A DNA stretch of 32,000 nt from Candidatus Peribacter riflensis (GTDB lineage: Bacteria; Patescibacteriota; Gracilibacteria; Peribacterales; Peribacteraceae). Below are positions 30,212-32,000 of the stretch, piece after piece. Under the pieces are notes generated by a model. That model saw only the letters and a list, made by a program, of their open reading frames with translations. It was not told the DNA's origin and ran no database searches. How positions within the stretch are numbered: position 1 is the first letter of the stretch; each line of letters begins with the position of its first letter. A program made the translations under genes and the position numbers. The stretch is from assembly GCA_001430755.1 (NCBI GenBank), contig CP013062.1:120001-152000 (forward strand), written 5' to 3'.

Positions 30212-30781
30212 ATGTTCACGGGCATCATCGAAACGACGGCCAAGGTCCTGGATCGGCAGGATGACCGGCTCACCGTGAGCCGGCCGACATCATTTGATGA
30301 CCTGAAAAAGGGAGCGAGCATCGCCATCTCGGGCGTGTGCCTGACGGTTGTAGAAATGGATGCGCACACACTCGCGTTCGACGTGATGCCAGAGACGATG
30401 CACAAGACCACGATTGGCGATTTGGCGATTGGCGATAGCGTCAATCTCGAACGCGCGCTTCCCGCACACGGCCGTTTCGAGGGGCATGTGGTGCAGGGGC
30501 ATGTGGAGGGGGTGGGCGAGGTGACCGGCCTGCAAACACAGGGAGGAGATGTGCGTCTGGCGGTCCGTGTTCCGAAGGAACTCATGCACGTCATTGTCCC
30601 CAAAGGATCGATCTGCCTGGACGGTGTTTCGCTCACCATTACCGATGTGGGGCCGGAATCCTGCACGGTCGCGCTCATCCCGATGACGCTTGCATCCACG
30701 ACACTCGGTACAAAGAGGATGGGGGATGCGGTGAACATCGAAACGGATATTCTCGTCCGCACGCTCCTCGCGCTGCGGTAA
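30212..30781 (+). CDS. ribE: Riboflavin synthase (alpha chain)
   Basis: 189 aa. It has the canonical MFTGIIE N-terminus and two internal lumazine-binding repeats (GASIAISGVCLTVV... and GSICLDGVSLTITDV...). Confidence 0.9.
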   Translation: MFTGIIETTAKVLDRQDDRLTVSRPTSFDDLKKGASIAISGVCLTVVEMDAHTLAFDVMPETMHKTTIGDLAIGDSVNLERALPAHGRFEGHVVQGHVEGVGEVTGLQTQGGDVRLAVRVPKELMHVIVPKGSICLDGVSLTITDVGPESCTVALIPMTLASTTLGTKRMGDAVNIETDILVRTLLALR

Positions 30782-30782
30782 C

Positions 30783-31268
30783 ATGCTCCTGATGCAGTCG
30801 CACACTCCTCTTCCGCTGCCCGCCCGCATTTCCTCCTCGTGGAGGATCGGCATCGTGCATGCGCTCTTTCATGATGAAGCGGTGTCATCGATGGTGCAGG
30901 GGGCGCGGCAGGTCCTTGCACAGGCGGGGATCGCAGCAGGTAACGTGCGGACGTTCCCGGTGGCAGGATCGTTCGAGATCCCACTCATCGGTGCAGCCCT
31001 CATCGCCGCCAAAGAGGTCGATGCGCTCATCGGTCTCGGCATTGTGGTGGAGGGCGAAACCCACCATGCACGCCTGATCGCCGAGAACGCCACGCGCGCC
31101 ATCATGGATCTGCAGGTGCGTCATACCGTCCCGTTCGCATTCGAGATCCTGTACGTGAAGGATAGTGCGCAGGTGCAGGGGCGCGTGACGGGGGAGGGAA
31201 ACCGGGGAGCCGAGGCGGCGCGCGCCGTCCTCCACTCGCTTGCGCAGCTCAAAGCCCTGCACTCATGA
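30783..31268 (+). CDS. ribH: 6,7-dimethyl-8-ribityllumazine synthase
   Basis: 161 aa, starting 1 nt after the ribE stop. Matches: IGIVHALFHDE (compare aIVvsrFN), VAGSFEIPL (VPGAFELP), GIVVEGETHHARLIAENATRAIMDLQ (GaViRGaT.HfdyV) and PFAFEILYV (P..fGvLT). Confidence 0.88.
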   Translation: MLLMQSHTPLPLPARISSSWRIGIVHALFHDEAVSSMVQGARQVLAQAGIAAGNVRTFPVAGSFEIPLIGAALIAAKEVDALIGLGIVVEGETHHARLIAENATRAIMDLQVRHTVPFAFEILYVKDSAQVQGRVTGEGNRGAEAARAVLHSLAQLKALHS

Positions 31269-31367
31269 ATTGTAGGAAATGGGTAGCGTGAGGGGCGCGA
31301 AATGGTGTGGCATCTTGTAGAGCATGCAGAAATGCTTGTACGATGACGAATACTCCCTCTCCTCCGT

Positions 31368-32000
31368 ATGCGCTCCCGCGTTTGGATTTCTCTGCTCACT
31401 TCCTTTGCGCTCCTCGGTCCGGCCCTGCCGGCCGGTGCGGCGGCTTTCCCTGATGTTCCTGCAGAGCATCGCTTCAAGGAACCGGTCGATGCGCTCGTGA
31501 ACGCCGGGGTTCTCACAGGGAATCCGGACGGGTACTTCTACCCGGACCGGCAGGTGAATCGCGCCGAGATGCTCAAGATGCTCTATAAGGCCACGGGCAA
31601 AACACCCGACTCCACCAGTCGCGCATGTTTTTCTGACGTGGAGCGGTTGAGCTGGTACGAATCCTACGTGTGCGATGCGGCCGCCCACCATTACGTGGAA
31701 GGATATTCCAACGGCACGTTCCGTCCCGCGAATCCTGTGAACCGCGTCGAAGCACTGAAGATGATCACGCAGGTCATCGGCATTCCGGTGGAGGAGATCG
31801 GCGAAGAGGCGCGTCAGGTGGTGAAGTTCGTGGATGTCTCGATCTCGGCGTGGTACACGCGGTACCTGTACACGGCGTACACCAAGGGGATTCTGCCGAT
31901 CGCGGGGCAGGATGCCTCACGCTTCTACCCCGACTGGCCGCTCCTCCGCGGCGAGGCGGCAGCCATGATCTACAACGCGCTCCATGCCGATCTCACGCAG
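31368..32000 (+). CDS. SLH-domain envelope protein with signal peptide, N-terminal 211 codons (runs off the right edge)
   Basis: Absent from the ORF track because it has no stop in the window. The ATG at 31368 opens a frame that stays open to 32000: MRSRVWISLLTSFALLGPALPAGAAAFPDVPAEHRFKEPVDALVNAGVLTGNPDGYFYPDRQVNRAEMLKMLYKA...FSDVERLSWYESYVCDAAAHHYVEGYSNGTFRPANPVNRVEALKMI...FVDVSISAWYTRYLYTAYTKGILP. That is three SLH repeats. Confidence 0.8.
   Translation, partial: MRSRVWISLLTSFALLGPALPAGAAAFPDVPAEHRFKEPVDALVNAGVLTGNPDGYFYPDRQVNRAEMLKMLYKATGKTPDSTSRACFSDVERLSWYESYVCDAAAHHYVEGYSNGTFRPANPVNRVEALKMITQVIGIPVEEIGEEARQVVKFVDVSISAWYTRYLYTAYTKGILPIAGQDASRFYPDWPLLRGEAAAMIYNALHADLTQ

Overview
A gene-dense, moderately GC-rich bacterial chromosomal segment coding on both strands. 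I found no rRNA, tRNA, CRISPR array, transposase or integrase. Most long ORFs antisense to real genes are GC-driven artefacts.

Recognisable content, left to right:
- a truncated exported protein
- alaS (short form)
- a Cache-type sensor histidine kinase
- a coiled-coil hypothetical protein
- an archaeal-type PEP carboxylase placed divergently to an AspC-like aminotransferase
- two small acidic ORFs followed by an atypical soluble GHKL/HATPase protein
- a geranylgeranyl-reductase-family flavoprotein, divergent from a tightly overlapping 5-gene membrane/lipid operon (Tes/GDGT-MAS-like radical SAM, ICMT/PEMT-like methyltransferase, DUF4395-like protein, divergent Lgt, polytopic membrane protein)
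- tmRNA (ssrA)
- two SLH-domain envelope proteins
- a DUF360/holin-family membrane protein
- a very long ileS
- a long RelA/SpoT homolog followed by an unknown protein
- a thioredoxin-fold protein, a NUDIX hydrolase, uvrA, ribE and ribH
- a third SLH protein that runs off the right edge

The most unusual observations are:
1. IleRS carries two complete histidine-phosphatase domains nested in its catalytic core.
2. A reductase plus Tes-like radical SAM/methyltransferase/Lgt-like cluster suggests isoprenoid or membrane-spanning lipid remodelling.
3. Many genes show a leaderless-type promoter layout, with a -10 hexamer 6-10 nt before the ATG. A second class of genes has pyrimidine-rich, CCUCC-containing leaders and no Shine-Dalgarno sequence.
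4. Short duplications sit at the 3' ends of ssrA and of the thioredoxin-fold gene.
5. Two strong G-quadruplex-type tracts lie in divergent promoter regions.

Taxonomy cannot be determined from the sequence alone. The combination of traits hints weakly at an uncultivated, possibly Patescibacteria/CPR-like, lineage. All homology statements come from motif recognition by eye, not from database searches.
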